A stretch of DNA of 64,000 nucleotides from Candidatus Omnitrophota bacterium. Lineage in GTDB: Bacteria; Omnitrophota; Gorgyraeia; Duberdicusellales; 4484-171. Shown here in pieces: positions 47,878 to 56,960 of the stretch. Each line of letters begins with the position of its first letter. Position 1 is the stretch's first letter. The notes beneath the pieces are model-generated. The model saw nothing but the letters and a program-made list of their open reading frames with translations. It was not told the origin of the DNA and ran no database searches. Both the position numbers and the translations under genes were made by a program. The DNA is taken from NCBI GenBank assembly GCA_003154195.1, contig PMCS01000008.1, forward strand, positions 15,366 through 79,365, given 5' to 3'.

Positions 47878-48765
47878 TCACTTTGCCCTCGGATGATACA
47901 ACGTATGTATCTGTTTTAATCTCGCCTGATTTATATGCGTATAGATTTGCGTTGTGGTAATACTGACGTGGCCCAGCATCTCCTGGACGCTGCGTAAATC
48001 AGCGCCATGTTCCAATAAATGCGTAGCGAAGGAATGCCGTAGAGTGTGCGGCGTAGCGTGTTTTTTTATCCCTGCCGCCCGCACGCACTTTTTTATCATT
48101 TTCCAGATACTTTGCCGGGTAATGCTCCTGGCTCCCTGGGCGAGAAAAAGAGTATCCATAGTTTTACCTTTAAGGAGTTTCGGCCTCGCTTCCGCGATGT
48201 ATCTGCTTAAAAAATGAGACGCGGTCTTGCCTAAAGGGACAATCCGTTCCTTAGAACCTTTTCCTTTGCATTTAACGAATCCGACATCCAGATTAAGGTC
48301 ATTAACCCTGAGCGACGCCGCTTCCGAGATGCGCAGGCCTGACGCGTACATTATTTCCAGAATCGCTTTATCGCGCAGCCCCTGGGCGCTGTTTAAGTTG
48401 ACTTGCTTAAGGAGGCGGTTGATTTCTTCAGAAGTCAAGAAAGAAGGAATCTTCTTATCCAGCTTCAGCGATTCCATTAAATCGGTAGGGTCGTTCGCCA
48501 CGGCCTTTTCCCTCAGTAAAAACCGATGAAAACTTTTTACCGTAGACATAACACGAGAAATACTGACCACCGCCATTTTGCCGCGTAAAAGAAATAAAAA
48601 ATCGCCTACATCTTTACGGCTGATTTGAGAAAGGCTGTCGATATTCTTCGACTTAAGATATTTGAAATATTTTCCCAAATCCTGGGCATAGGCGTCGAGA
48701 GAGTTTTTCGCCAACCCTTTCTCTACCGTTAGATAATCGATAAATGCCTGCAGGTAAATATCCAT
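47878..48765 (-). CDS. xerD: Site-specific tyrosine recombinase XerD
   Basis: GLRISE, GKGSKER, HTLRHSFATH, GADLRSVQEMLGH..TTQIY; no IntI-type insertion evident. Confidence 0.93.
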   Translation of the reverse strand: MDIYLQAFIDYLTVEKGLAKNSLDAYAQDLGKYFKYLKSKNIDSLSQISRKDVGDFLFLLRGKMAVVSISRVMSTVKSFHRFLLREKAVANDPTDLMESLKLDKKIPSFLTSEEINRLLKQVNLNSAQGLRDKAILEIMYASGLRISEAASLRVNDLNLDVGFVKCKGKGSKERIVPLGKTASHFLSRYIAEARPKLLKGKTMDTLFLAQGARSITRQSIWKMIKKCVRAAGIKKHATPHTLRHSFATHLLEHGADLRSVQEMLGHVSITTTQIYTHINQARLKQIHTLYHPRAK

Positions 48766-48772
48766 AAATTAA

Positions 48773-48900
48773 GGGTATCGGGATATTGGGACATCGGGAT
48801 CTGGGTATTGGGGGACTGGGATATCGGGCATTTCCTAATTCCCCAATTTCCCAATCTCCCAATCTCCAAATCCTAATCCCCTGATATCCTAAATATCCTG
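48773..48900. repeat. Bracket family F (8-nt GGGATATT / CCCAATCT), xerD/MBL junction
   Basis: gggatatt-gggacatc-gggatct... / cccaattt-cccaatct-cccaatct ... cctgatat-cctaaatat. Confidence 0.88.
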
Positions 48901-49512
48901 AAGAAACTGATTACTCTCTTTTTCTCTCCCCACCGTTGTCTTCGGGCCATGGCCGGGATAGACAACTGTATCGGGAGGCAAAACCATGATCTTCTGCTTG
49001 ATGGCTTTAATAAGGCTGTCGTGCGAACCGTAAGGCAAATCGGTCCTGCCCACCGAATCAAAAAATAACGTATCGCCGCTGAAGAGCCAATTATTTAGTT
49101 TTATACAAATCCCGCCGGGGGTATGGCCGGGGGTATGGATAATATTCAACACCGACGCCTGGAATGACAGCGAAGAACCGTCCTCAAGCGCCTTAGCCTC
49201 TTTTTTTATCGTAATCGGCCGGGAAAAAAATTCCGAACCGTTCAAGCCGGCATCATCAAGGCAAGGCTTATCGTCGACGTGAATATAAACCGGGCAATCA
49301 AAATTATCCAAACCGGCGATATGGTCGAAATGGCCGTGGGTCAGAATAATAAAATCCAAAGAAAGTTTTTCTTTTACGATAAATTCCTTGATTTTTTCGC
49401 TTCCGTCAGGCGTATCAATCAGAAAAGCTTTCTTCGCCTTTTCATCAATTATAAGGTAAGCATTCGTCCCCAACGCGCCAAGAGTGAATTTTTTTAATGT
49501 CAGCTCATCCAT
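48889..49512 (-). CDS. MBL-fold hydrolase (glyoxalase II-like)
   Basis: THGHFDH, HTPGHTPG, SGDTLF, PGHG. Confidence 0.93.
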   Translation of the reverse strand: MDELTLKKFTLGALGTNAYLIIDEKAKKAFLIDTPDGSEKIKEFIVKEKLSLDFIILTHGHFDHIAGLDNFDCPVYIHVDDKPCLDDAGLNGSEFFSRPITIKKEAKALEDGSSLSFQASVLNIIHTPGHTPGGICIKLNNWLFSGDTLFFDSVGRTDLPYGSHDSLIKAIKQKIMVLPPDTVVYPGHGPKTTVGREKESNQFLQDI

Positions 49513-49522
49513 CTGTTTACTA

Positions 49523-49957
49523 TTACCGATTTTTTCCGGTGATTCTTTCTGTTGCCATAATATTATTTTTTGCCGCCTGGATAAGACGCTGGGCGCCGTC
49601 TTTGGAGAATTTGCGTTTGTAGTCAGCTAGCTCGCGTAAATTCATCCCCTGCATAAAATTATCATAATATTCTCCGGGTAATTCCTTACTTTCGCCATAC
49701 AAAGCTAAAATCGCCCGGCCTAAATAAATGTGGCTTTTCTCGCGAAACTTTTTGGCATAAAGAAGCGCGCGCGCCGCGTGAAACATAGCATAGTAAGCTT
49801 GCACCGTCGCCCACTTGTATCTTTCCTCGTCAAATGAATGCTGGGCATCGGCTAAATCTTCCCTGGCGGTTTCCAATTCTTTCGCCACAAGCCTGGGGCC
49901 GTCGGAAAAAGAAACGATTCTCCCCTTTTCGATAGCTTCCCTGAGATTATTCTTCAT
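49523..49957 (-). CDS. HEPN domain protein (UPF0332-like)
   Basis: AYYAMFHAARALL, KSH, R..ADY. Confidence 0.88.
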   Translation of the reverse strand: MKNNLREAIEKGRIVSFSDGPRLVAKELETAREDLADAQHSFDEERYKWATVQAYYAMFHAARALLYAKKFREKSHIYLGRAILALYGESKELPGEYYDNFMQGMNLRELADYKRKFSKDGAQRLIQAAKNNIMATERITGKNR

Positions 49958-50519
49958 GTTCCGGTTTTCCCTCCCATAAAGTTATCCCTTTTTTTATTTG
50001 TTCAAAAAAATGCTTATCGTCTTTGCGCGAACTAACCATTTCCAAAGGATCATAAATGACGGCGTTGATATAATTATCCGCGTGGTTAAATTTAGCGATA
50101 ATTTTCTCGACAGCTTCTTTCTCGTCGGTTTTTACAAACAAATCAATGTCGCTGCGGCTGGTGTTTTCTCCGCGGGCGCAACTGCCGAATAACGTTATTT
50201 GATAAGAATAGGGTTTAAGTTTTTTTAAAAGCGGCTGCAAGGAAAGAAAATTTTCGAACATCTTGAAGTGTTTCAAAAGCGGGCTGTCTTCGTTGACTTT
50301 ATATAGAAATAGATTTCCCCGGGGCGTCCGGTTAACAACCTCCAGTTCCAGGAGAAGCCGCAACGCCTGATTGGTCGCGCCTTTGCTTGTAGAAACCGCC
50401 TTAGATATCTCCGATGCCGAAAAATTATCGGCGGAATTCAAAGCGAAAAAAGATAAAATCTTTAACGGCACGGGGTTATACAGAATATCCTTTAAGTTAT
50501 GGGTTTTGCTATCGTTCAT
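49947..50519 (-). CDS. wHTH + minimal nucleotidyltransferase (MNT) antitoxin
   Basis: LFGSCARG...SDIDL; N-terminal HTH; start moved to ATG 50519 (SD GAGGA). Confidence 0.88.
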   Translation of the reverse strand: MNDSKTHNLKDILYNPVPLKILSFFALNSADNFSASEISKAVSTSKGATNQALRLLLELEVVNRTPRGNLFLYKVNEDSPLLKHFKMFENFLSLQPLLKKLKPYSYQITLFGSCARGENTSRSDIDLFVKTDEKEAVEKIIAKFNHADNYINAVIYDPLEMVSSRKDDKHFFEQIKKGITLWEGKPEHEE

Positions 50520-50566
50520 TGCATTATCCTCATCGTCCATTATAATGAACGATAGACTTGTGTCAA
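50509..50566 (-). promoter_or_regulatory. MNT-HEPN promoter with 12-bp inverted-repeat operator
   Basis: TTGACA-16-TATAAT; ctatcgttcatt (50509-50520) / aatgaacgatag (50544-50555). Confidence 0.75.
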
Positions 50567-50646
50567 CTATTATATCAGAAAGGTAAGCTTGGGCAGAGGT
50601 TTAACTTGGTGGAATAGTAAGAGAAATAATCAAATAATTATTTATT

Positions 50647-50726
50647 CTATAACGATAATCAGCCGCCTAAGCCGCCTGCGGCCAAATTGTGCCGCGGTTC
50701 AGGTCGGCTGGATTTTATGTTTAAGT
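50647..50726 (-). mobile_element. Integron attC-like recombination site (slightly degenerate)
   Basis: Minus strand ACTTAAAC-ataaa-ATCCAGCCGACC...GGCGGCTGAT-tatc-GTTATAG with two extrahelical bases. Confidence 0.72.
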
Positions 50727-51386
50727 TTTTGGTATAAAATCATGCCAATCAGGCCCAATGCATTTTTTAATATCGAAATCCAGTCGTGATTTTGGCCAAT
50801 ATCTTGAAATTAAATTCTCGTAAGTTTCTGTTACAGACCAACGTGGCAAAACTGACGTTTCTCCGTGCGAAGTAAGCGTGGCGGCATTGACGCAAAATCT
50901 ATTTTGTTGAAAGCAAACATTATTCATAACTGATTGTTCAAGGGTACCAAAATTATCATTGTCGTATGGATCTGTTGGCGCAAAATGTGCTGAAACTTTA
51001 TTGCGCCATTTCTTCAGTTCTGGAATGACAGACTCGACGTAAGAATTGCATTCAGTTTTAATTTTGTTCTTATTATTAACAATGTCTAATGTTGTCCAAG
51101 AGTTGGTATTGAGTGTTTTTATTAGCCCTACTAGTCTTACAAAATTTACCATTGATGTGCTAAACCAGTGGAATGTGCATGGAATTATTGGATCCATTTT
51201 TGCGAATATTTCAAAAACTTTAACATTTGGATTGGGCGGCGTTTTTTTACCTTCTTCAATTTTGATTATTAAAGCCAATCGAAATAACCCATGAGGCATG
51301 AAATTGAGAGCATGGGGATTCTTTATTGGAAGATTTTTAAGATCTACCGTTATGTTATCAATGCAGTCTATTGTGATTTTGTTCAT
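50721..51386 (-). CDS. Hypothetical cassette-borne protein, possible HEPN (RNKVSAH)
   Basis: 221 aa AT-rich ORF whose stop codon lies in the attC-like R'' box. Confidence 0.75.
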   Translation of the reverse strand: MNKITIDCIDNITVDLKNLPIKNPHALNFMPHGLFRLALIIKIEEGKKTPPNPNVKVFEIFAKMDPIIPCTFHWFSTSMVNFVRLVGLIKTLNTNSWTTLDIVNNKNKIKTECNSYVESVIPELKKWRNKVSAHFAPTDPYDNDNFGTLEQSVMNNVCFQQNRFCVNAATLTSHGETSVLPRWSVTETYENLISRYWPKSRLDFDIKKCIGPDWHDFIPKT

Positions 51387-51656
51387 ATTTATTAACTTAA
51401 CAATTAATATACGACAGTCCTATTTGTTAATATTATTTGAAATTTTTTCGCCAGAGAAGCGTCTTTTAGCTAATAATAGCTCAAAAACACCAAAAATCAA
51501 AGGATTTCTACCGGCTTATGTCGTCTTTGCTATGTAATGTAATGATATACGGCAGTCGTATATTGTGGGGTTTTTGGCAAAATTATGGGAATCGGATATA
51601 AAATAACATTTTTGCCGTAATTTCTCGGGTTCTCGGAATAAGCGGAAAATCCTTCC

Positions 51657-52400
51657 TTAATAATTGACCTTTTGCAGGTAAAGACCACTGGCCGGCGCCG
51701 GCTCATTATGGTAAGGGACTTTACGAATGATTATACTTTTTGCCTGGGCTAAAGTTAATTTACCGGAACCGGTCTTAACCAAAAACGAAACAATGTTTCT
51801 TGCCATATTGTGCATGAAGCCATCAGCTTCGATATCAATGTAGACAAAAGTACCCTTATTTTTTATCGCGATATTTTTTATGTCCCTGACGCTGTTTTTA
51901 TAATTGTCCGGGTGTTTGGCAAAAAGAGAGAAATCCTGTTTACCGGCCAGCAATCTTGCCACGGCGCGCATCCGCTCGAGGTCCAGCGCCCGGCCCAAAT
52001 GCCAGCAAAAGTTATTCTGAAAAACCGAAGGGTCTTTTTTATTCAAAATAATATAGCGATAAATTTTTGATTTGACGTTGAAGCGGGCGTGAAAATCCGG
52101 GGGAACTTCCTTAACCTTTTTTACCCTGATATCTCCGGGCAAAAAAGTATTCAATGCCTGTTTTATATTTTTAAACGGGATACGCGAATCGGTTTTAAAA
52201 TTAATCGATTGTGCTTTCGCGTGCACCCCGCGGTCGGTGCGCGAGGAATAGATTATCCTGATTTTACGGTTAAACAGCTTCTCCAATGCCCGCTCAACCA
52301 TTTCCTGAACGGTAATCTCTCCGGCATGATTTTTATCCTGCAGCTGAAACCCGAAATAATTTGTCCCCACATACTCCAATTCGATAAAAATATTACGCAT
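51657..52400 (-). CDS. truA: tRNA pseudouridine(38-40) synthase
   Basis: SRTDRGVHA, FHARF, GFMHNMAR, PASGLYL. Confidence 0.96.
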   Translation of the reverse strand: MRNIFIELEYVGTNYFGFQLQDKNHAGEITVQEMVERALEKLFNRKIRIIYSSRTDRGVHAKAQSINFKTDSRIPFKNIKQALNTFLPGDIRVKKVKEVPPDFHARFNVKSKIYRYIILNKKDPSVFQNNFCWHLGRALDLERMRAVARLLAGKQDFSLFAKHPDNYKNSVRDIKNIAIKNKGTFVYIDIEADGFMHNMARNIVSFLVKTGSGKLTLAQAKSIIIRKVPYHNEPAPASGLYLQKVNY

Positions 52401-52418
52401 ACAATAGGATTATAACAG

Positions 52419-52556
52419 AAAGGCGCATTTTGTCATTTTAACAAAATGCGCCTTTTTTGTTTAAGAATCTATTTTTATTATCTTTACGCACCAAACGCAT
52501 TTCCCCGATGCGTTTGGTAATTAAATTATTTTTGCCGGAGTATTACCGGCAAAAAT
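52419..52556. terminator. Three consecutive hairpins after asd; first resembles an intrinsic terminator
   Basis: aaaggcgcattttgt/acaaaatgcgccttt; accaaacgcat/atgcgtttggt; atttttgccgg/ccggcaaaaat. Confidence 0.65.
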
Positions 52557-53584
52557 CATTTACCGATTAATTTTTCGGCAATCTGCACCGCATTGGTTGC
52601 CGCGCCTTTACGCAGATTGTCCGCTACCACCCAAAGCCAGAGGCCGTTTTTGACAAAAGGATCCTTGCGAATTCTGCCCACAAACGTTTCATCCCTTCCT
52701 TCGATATCCTTAGGCATAGGGTAGAGAGCGTTCCTGGGGTCATCGATCACGACAATCCCCTTTGATTTAGCAAGTAAAGTTTTCACTTTTTGCGGCTCGA
52801 TCACGTCTCGGGTTTCGATATAAACCGATTCCGAATGGCCGGTCCTGACCGGAACGCGGACGGTAGTCGCGGAAATCTTTATTTTATTATCGTGCATAAT
52901 CTTATGCGATTCATTGATGACTTTCCACTCCTCGGAAGTATAATCAAAATCGCTGAAAGACCCGATATGGGGAAAAACGTTATAGCCCAATTGCTGGGGC
53001 ATAGATTTTTCCACGCCGTTCACCTGCAAGTTTTTACAGACACCCGCCAGAATAGCCTCGTTTTCCTTGTTAAGCTGCTCGATCGCGCTGCGGCCGGCGC
53101 CGCTCGACGCCTGCAACGTCGTAACGATAACTCTTTTAAGGCCGGCTTTTTTATAAATCGGCCATAAAGCAACGACGAGCTGTATCGTCGAACAGTTGGG
53201 ATTGGCAATAATCCCCTGGTGCTTCTTGATATCATTGCTATTTACCTCCGGCACAACCAGCGGCACATCGTCCCGCATCCGGAAATCAGCGCCGTTATCG
53301 ATAACCACCCCGCCGCGCTTAACCACCTCGGAAGCAAAAGTCACTGCCGCGCCCTTATCGCCTTCAGTCCCGGCGAATAAAGCGATGTCCACGCCGTCGA
53401 AGCTCTCCGGAATAGTCTCTTTAACTTGATAGACTATCCCATCAACATTGATCTCGCGGCTACGGCGGGCTAAAACTTTTAATTCGGCTATGGGAAATTT
53501 ACGGCGGCGCAATACCCGCAGCATCTCTTCGCCGACCGCGCCGACGCCCACTACCGCTACGTTATATTTATCTTTTTTTCGCAT
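52556..53584 (-). CDS. asd: Aspartate-semialdehyde dehydrogenase
   Basis: VPLVVPEVN, ANPNCST, RVPV..GHSE, DNLRKGAATNAVQI. Confidence 0.97.
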   Translation of the reverse strand: MRKKDKYNVAVVGVGAVGEEMLRVLRRRKFPIAELKVLARRSREINVDGIVYQVKETIPESFDGVDIALFAGTEGDKGAAVTFASEVVKRGGVVIDNGADFRMRDDVPLVVPEVNSNDIKKHQGIIANPNCSTIQLVVALWPIYKKAGLKRVIVTTLQASSGAGRSAIEQLNKENEAILAGVCKNLQVNGVEKSMPQQLGYNVFPHIGSFSDFDYTSEEWKVINESHKIMHDNKIKISATTVRVPVRTGHSESVYIETRDVIEPQKVKTLLAKSKGIVVIDDPRNALYPMPKDIEGRDETFVGRIRKDPFVKNGLWLWVVADNLRKGAATNAVQIAEKLIGK

Positions 53585-53606
53585 TTATCTTCCTCCGCAA
53601 AAATAT

Positions 53607-53687
53607 GTACGGGATGGGCTTGCCCCATCCCGTATAATAAATATTTACGCAACAAGCATAACGGGCGGGGACTAACCCCGCCCCTAC
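53607..53687. repeat. REPIN-like inverted REP doublet
   Basis: gtacgggatgggcttgccccatcccg ... cgggcggggactaaccccgcccctac. Confidence 0.85.
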
Positions 53688-53700
53688 AATATTTTCTCTT

Positions 53701-54756
53701 CTATAAAAATTTTACCACTAAGTCGCCCACTTCCTGAGTAGAATAACCCATTTTACCCGCCGATAAACTTTCCATTTTTTCCACGACTGTTTTCTTTACC
53801 GAATCTTCTATTGCCTTTGCAGCTTTTTCCTCTCCCAAAAAATCCATCATCATGCCGCCGGCGCAGATAGCCGCCAGGGGATTAATAACATTTTTACCGG
53901 TATACTTCGGGGCACTGCCGCCAATCGGCTCAAACATCGAAACACCATGGGGATTGATGTTGCCCCCCGCGGCGATACCCATACCGCCCTGGATCATCGC
54001 GCCTAAATCGGTAATAATATCGCCGAACATATTGTCGGTGACGATGACATCAAACCATTCGGGGTTTTTCACCATCCACATACAAGTGGCGTCGACATGG
54101 GCATAATCGGTGGCGATATCGCTAAAATCAGCAGAAACCTTATAGAACGTCCTTTCCCATAAGTCAAAGGCAAAAGTCAATACGTTGGTTTTGCCGCAAA
54201 GAGTAACTTTCTTGCGCTTATTGCGCTTGCGGGCATATTCAAATGCAAAACGGCAGCATCGCTCAATTCCCTTATAGGAGTTTATGCTTTCCTGGATTGC
54301 CACCTCATACTCGGTTCCCTTACGTAAAAATCCGCCGGCGCCGCAATACAGGCCTTCGGTATTTTCCCGGACCACGGTAAAATCGATATCTCGCTCACTC
54401 TTATCTTTCAGCGGGCAATATTTCTTATCATATAGAACAACCGGGCGTAAATTGATATACTGGTCTAATTCGAAACGCAGCCTCAATAATATCCCTTTTT
54501 CTAAAATGCCGGGCTTTACCCTGGGGTCGCCAATCGCCCCCAGATAAATAGCGTCAAAACCTTTCAAATCTTCGATAAGCGATTCCGGCAGGATTTCTCC
54601 GGTTTTCAAAAACCTTTCCCCGCCGATATCAAACATAGTTTTTTCAATTTTGAAATCAAATTTCGAACTGGCCGCGTCTAAAACTTTCAGACCCTGCGCG
54701 ATTACTTCCGGCCCCGTGCCGTCTCCGCCGATGACTGCGATGTTATATGTTTTCAT
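53701..54756 (-). CDS. leuB: 3-isopropylmalate dehydrogenase
   Basis: GDGTGPE, RENTEG, NMFGDIITD, EPIGGSAP; downstream of leuCD. Confidence 0.93.
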   Translation of the reverse strand: MKTYNIAVIGGDGTGPEVIAQGLKVLDAASSKFDFKIEKTMFDIGGERFLKTGEILPESLIEDLKGFDAIYLGAIGDPRVKPGILEKGILLRLRFELDQYINLRPVVLYDKKYCPLKDKSERDIDFTVVRENTEGLYCGAGGFLRKGTEYEVAIQESINSYKGIERCCRFAFEYARKRNKRKKVTLCGKTNVLTFAFDLWERTFYKVSADFSDIATDYAHVDATCMWMVKNPEWFDVIVTDNMFGDIITDLGAMIQGGMGIAAGGNINPHGVSMFEPIGGSAPKYTGKNVINPLAAICAGGMMMDFLGEEKAAKAIEDSVKKTVVEKMESLSAGKMGYSTQEVGDLVVKFL

Positions 54757-54772
54757 AGATTCCTCCATATTG

Positions 54773-54885
54773 GTTTGATTCGTTAAGCCTGCTATGCCAG
54801 TTTAGCCTGTTGAGCCCGTTTGGCCTGTTAGCACTGTTGATAATTTTAACGCTACAACGGGCACAACGGGCTAAACAGGCTCAAC
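54773..54885. repeat. Bracket family A, copy 3 (leuB/leuD junction)
   Basis: gtttagcct-gttgagccc-gtttggcct ... aacgggcac-aacgggcta-aacaggctc-aac. Confidence 0.9.
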
Positions 54886-55369
54886 GTTTTTTATTTATTA
54901 TCCACTTAAGCAACCCGCCGCTTTCGACTATTTCGGTCATAAACGATGGAAATTTTTCGCTATTATAAGACTGGTTTTTTGTGATATTTTTTATCCGGCC
55001 GGCGGAAAGATCCACCTCAAGTTCATCCTTATCGCTGATTTTATCGCCGTCATTGCATACCAGGATAGGCAAACCGACATTTATGCAATTGCGGTAAAAA
55101 ATACGGGCAAAACTTTTGGCGATAACCAGGGAAATACCCGCACCCTTAAGGCTTACCGGGGCGTGCTCCCGCGATGAACCGCAGCCGAAATTAGTACCGG
55201 AAACAATGATATCGCCCTTGCTGACTCTTTTAATAAAATCAGGGTCGATGTTTTCCATGCATTTAGAACCCAAAAAACTATCATCCTGGGAATCTAAATA
55301 TCTTGCGGCGATAATATCGTCGGTATTGATGTTATCGCCAAATTTATGTGCGCGTCCTTTTAAAATCAT
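54881..55369 (-). CDS. leuD: 3-isopropylmalate dehydratase small subunit
   Basis: DNINTD, NFGCGSSREHA, SFARIFYRN. Confidence 0.95.
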   Translation of the reverse strand: MILKGRAHKFGDNINTDDIIAARYLDSQDDSFLGSKCMENIDPDFIKRVSKGDIIVSGTNFGCGSSREHAPVSLKGAGISLVIAKSFARIFYRNCINVGLPILVCNDGDKISDKDELEVDLSAGRIKNITKNQSYNSEKFPSFMTEIVESGGLLKWIINKKR

Positions 55370-55383
55370 AATTTTATTATTTA

Positions 55384-55497
55384 GTTGAGCCGGTTGGGCC
55401 GGTTGGGCCGGTTAGAAAGTTGAAACACTACAACCGACTTAACCGGCTCAACTATCTCAACTGGCTAAACCGACTCAACCGGCTTAACCGGCTCAAC
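55384..55497. repeat. Bracket family A, copy 4 (leuD/leuC junction)
   Basis: gttgagccg-gttgggccg-gttgggccg ... aaccggctc-aactatctc-aactggcta-aaccgactc-aaccggctt-aaccggctc-aac. Confidence 0.92.
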
Positions 55498-56764
55498 GGA
55501 TTTCATCCGGATGCGCAATCCTTCCCTTAATCGCGGACGCCGCCGCTACCGCCGGTGAACTAAGATAAACAAAACTTTCGGGACTTCCCATCCTGCCGAT
55601 AAAATTTCTATTGGTTGTAGCGATTGCCGTCTCGCCTTTATCCAGAATCCCCATATGGCCGCCCAGGCACGAGCCGCAGGTAGGCGAACTGACCGCGCAG
55701 CCGGCGGAAGCAAAAATTTTCAATAATCCTTCTTTCTCCGCCTGCAAGTAGACATCCGGCGTCGCCGGAATAACGACAACGCGTACGCCCCGAGCGATTG
55801 GTTTACCTTTTATGATTTTTGCCGCAATCTTTAAATCACCGATGCGGCCGTTGGTACAAGAACCTATAATCACCTGCTGAAGCTTAACCGCTTTTAACGC
55901 GCTTACCGGCCGGACATTAGCGGGTGAATGCGGACAAGCGACCTGCGGCTCCATATTGGTAACATCGATTTCAACGATCCGGCTGTATTTCGCATCCCGG
56001 TCGCTTTTAAGATTTTTTATATATGACACCGGTAATTTGATACCGGCGATTTTATTTAAATAGCTCAGGGTTATTTCATCCGGCGCAATGATACCGGCTT
56101 TTCCTCCCGCCTCGATGGCCATGTTAGACATCGCCAACCGGTCTTCCGCGCCGATTTTCTCAATCACCGGGCCGCAAAATTCCATTACTTGATAAAGCGC
56201 GCCGTCCACGCCGATCTTTCCGATAGTCGCCAATATTAAATCCTTGCCGCCGACCCATTTGCCGGGTTTTCCTTTATAAACAAACTTTATCGTTTGAGGA
56301 ACCTTAAGCCAGCAAAAACCGGTATACATGGCGGCGGATAGATCGGTGGACCCGACGCCGGTAGCAAATGCTCCCAATGCTCCACCGGTACAAGTATGCG
56401 AATCCGCTCCGACAACCAGATCGCCGGGCTTGACCAATCCCCTTTCCAGCAAGAACGCGTGCTCCACGCCGCAATGATTAATATCGTAAAAATGTTTTAT
56501 CCTAAATTTCCGCGAAAACTCTTTTAAAAATTTCGCGTTATTCGCGGCTTTCGCGTCACGCGCCGGTAAAAAATGGTCACAGACAAAACCGATTTTGCCC
56601 GGGTTGAATACGCTGTCGAATCCCGCCTTCAAAAATTCTTTAACCGCTAAAGGCGCGGTGATATCGTTGCCGAAACAAAAATCGACTTTAGCGTAAACAA
56701 AATCGCCGAGCTCTTTTTGCCCGCTGTGCTTAAGTAAAATTTTTTCCGCTATCGTTAAGCCCAT
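55493..56764 (-). CDS. leuC: 3-isopropylmalate dehydratase large subunit
   Basis: GADSHTCT, GSCTNGR, CGSCLG, TNRNF.GRMG. Confidence 0.95.
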   Translation of the reverse strand: MGLTIAEKILLKHSGQKELGDFVYAKVDFCFGNDITAPLAVKEFLKAGFDSVFNPGKIGFVCDHFLPARDAKAANNAKFLKEFSRKFRIKHFYDINHCGVEHAFLLERGLVKPGDLVVGADSHTCTGGALGAFATGVGSTDLSAAMYTGFCWLKVPQTIKFVYKGKPGKWVGGKDLILATIGKIGVDGALYQVMEFCGPVIEKIGAEDRLAMSNMAIEAGGKAGIIAPDEITLSYLNKIAGIKLPVSYIKNLKSDRDAKYSRIVEIDVTNMEPQVACPHSPANVRPVSALKAVKLQQVIIGSCTNGRIGDLKIAAKIIKGKPIARGVRVVVIPATPDVYLQAEKEGLLKIFASAGCAVSSPTCGSCLGGHMGILDKGETAIATTNRNFIGRMGSPESFVYLSSPAVAAASAIKGRIAHPDEIR

Positions 56765-56778
56765 AATTATGTTTACAC

Positions 56779-56960
56779 CGCAGATGATCGCTGATTAGAA
56801 GATGCGGATAATCACGGATGATTATTAAAAATTCAAAATCCAATAAGCTAAACAGTTCTGGTCATTGGAAAATAGAATTTGGGATTTGGGATTTGGTGTC
56901 GAGAATTTAACCATCTTATCAGCGATCATCAGCTGATTTTTAATCTGAGATCATCTGTGT
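56779..56960. repeat. Bracket family G with nested inner 7-nt bracket (leuC/fabF junction)
   Basis: cagatgatcgctgatt... [aaattcaaaatccaa / atttgggatttgggatttgg] atcagcgatcatcag...aatctgagatcatctg. Confidence 0.9.

Noticed and set aside
47878-48765. Tyrosine recombinase as integron integrase or prophage integrase
   Set aside because: Length and motifs match housekeeping XerD; no IntI-specific insertion, no phage genes, not adjacent to the attI-like site.
55384-55497. Periodic intergenic repeats as CRISPR arrays
   Set aside because: Units are 6-10 nt, directly tandem and degenerate, with no unique spacers and no cas genes.
56765-56960. T-box or leader-peptide attenuator upstream of leuC
   Set aside because: No T-box consensus or Leu-rich leader seen; the sequence is a family G bracket homologous to 35229-35428.
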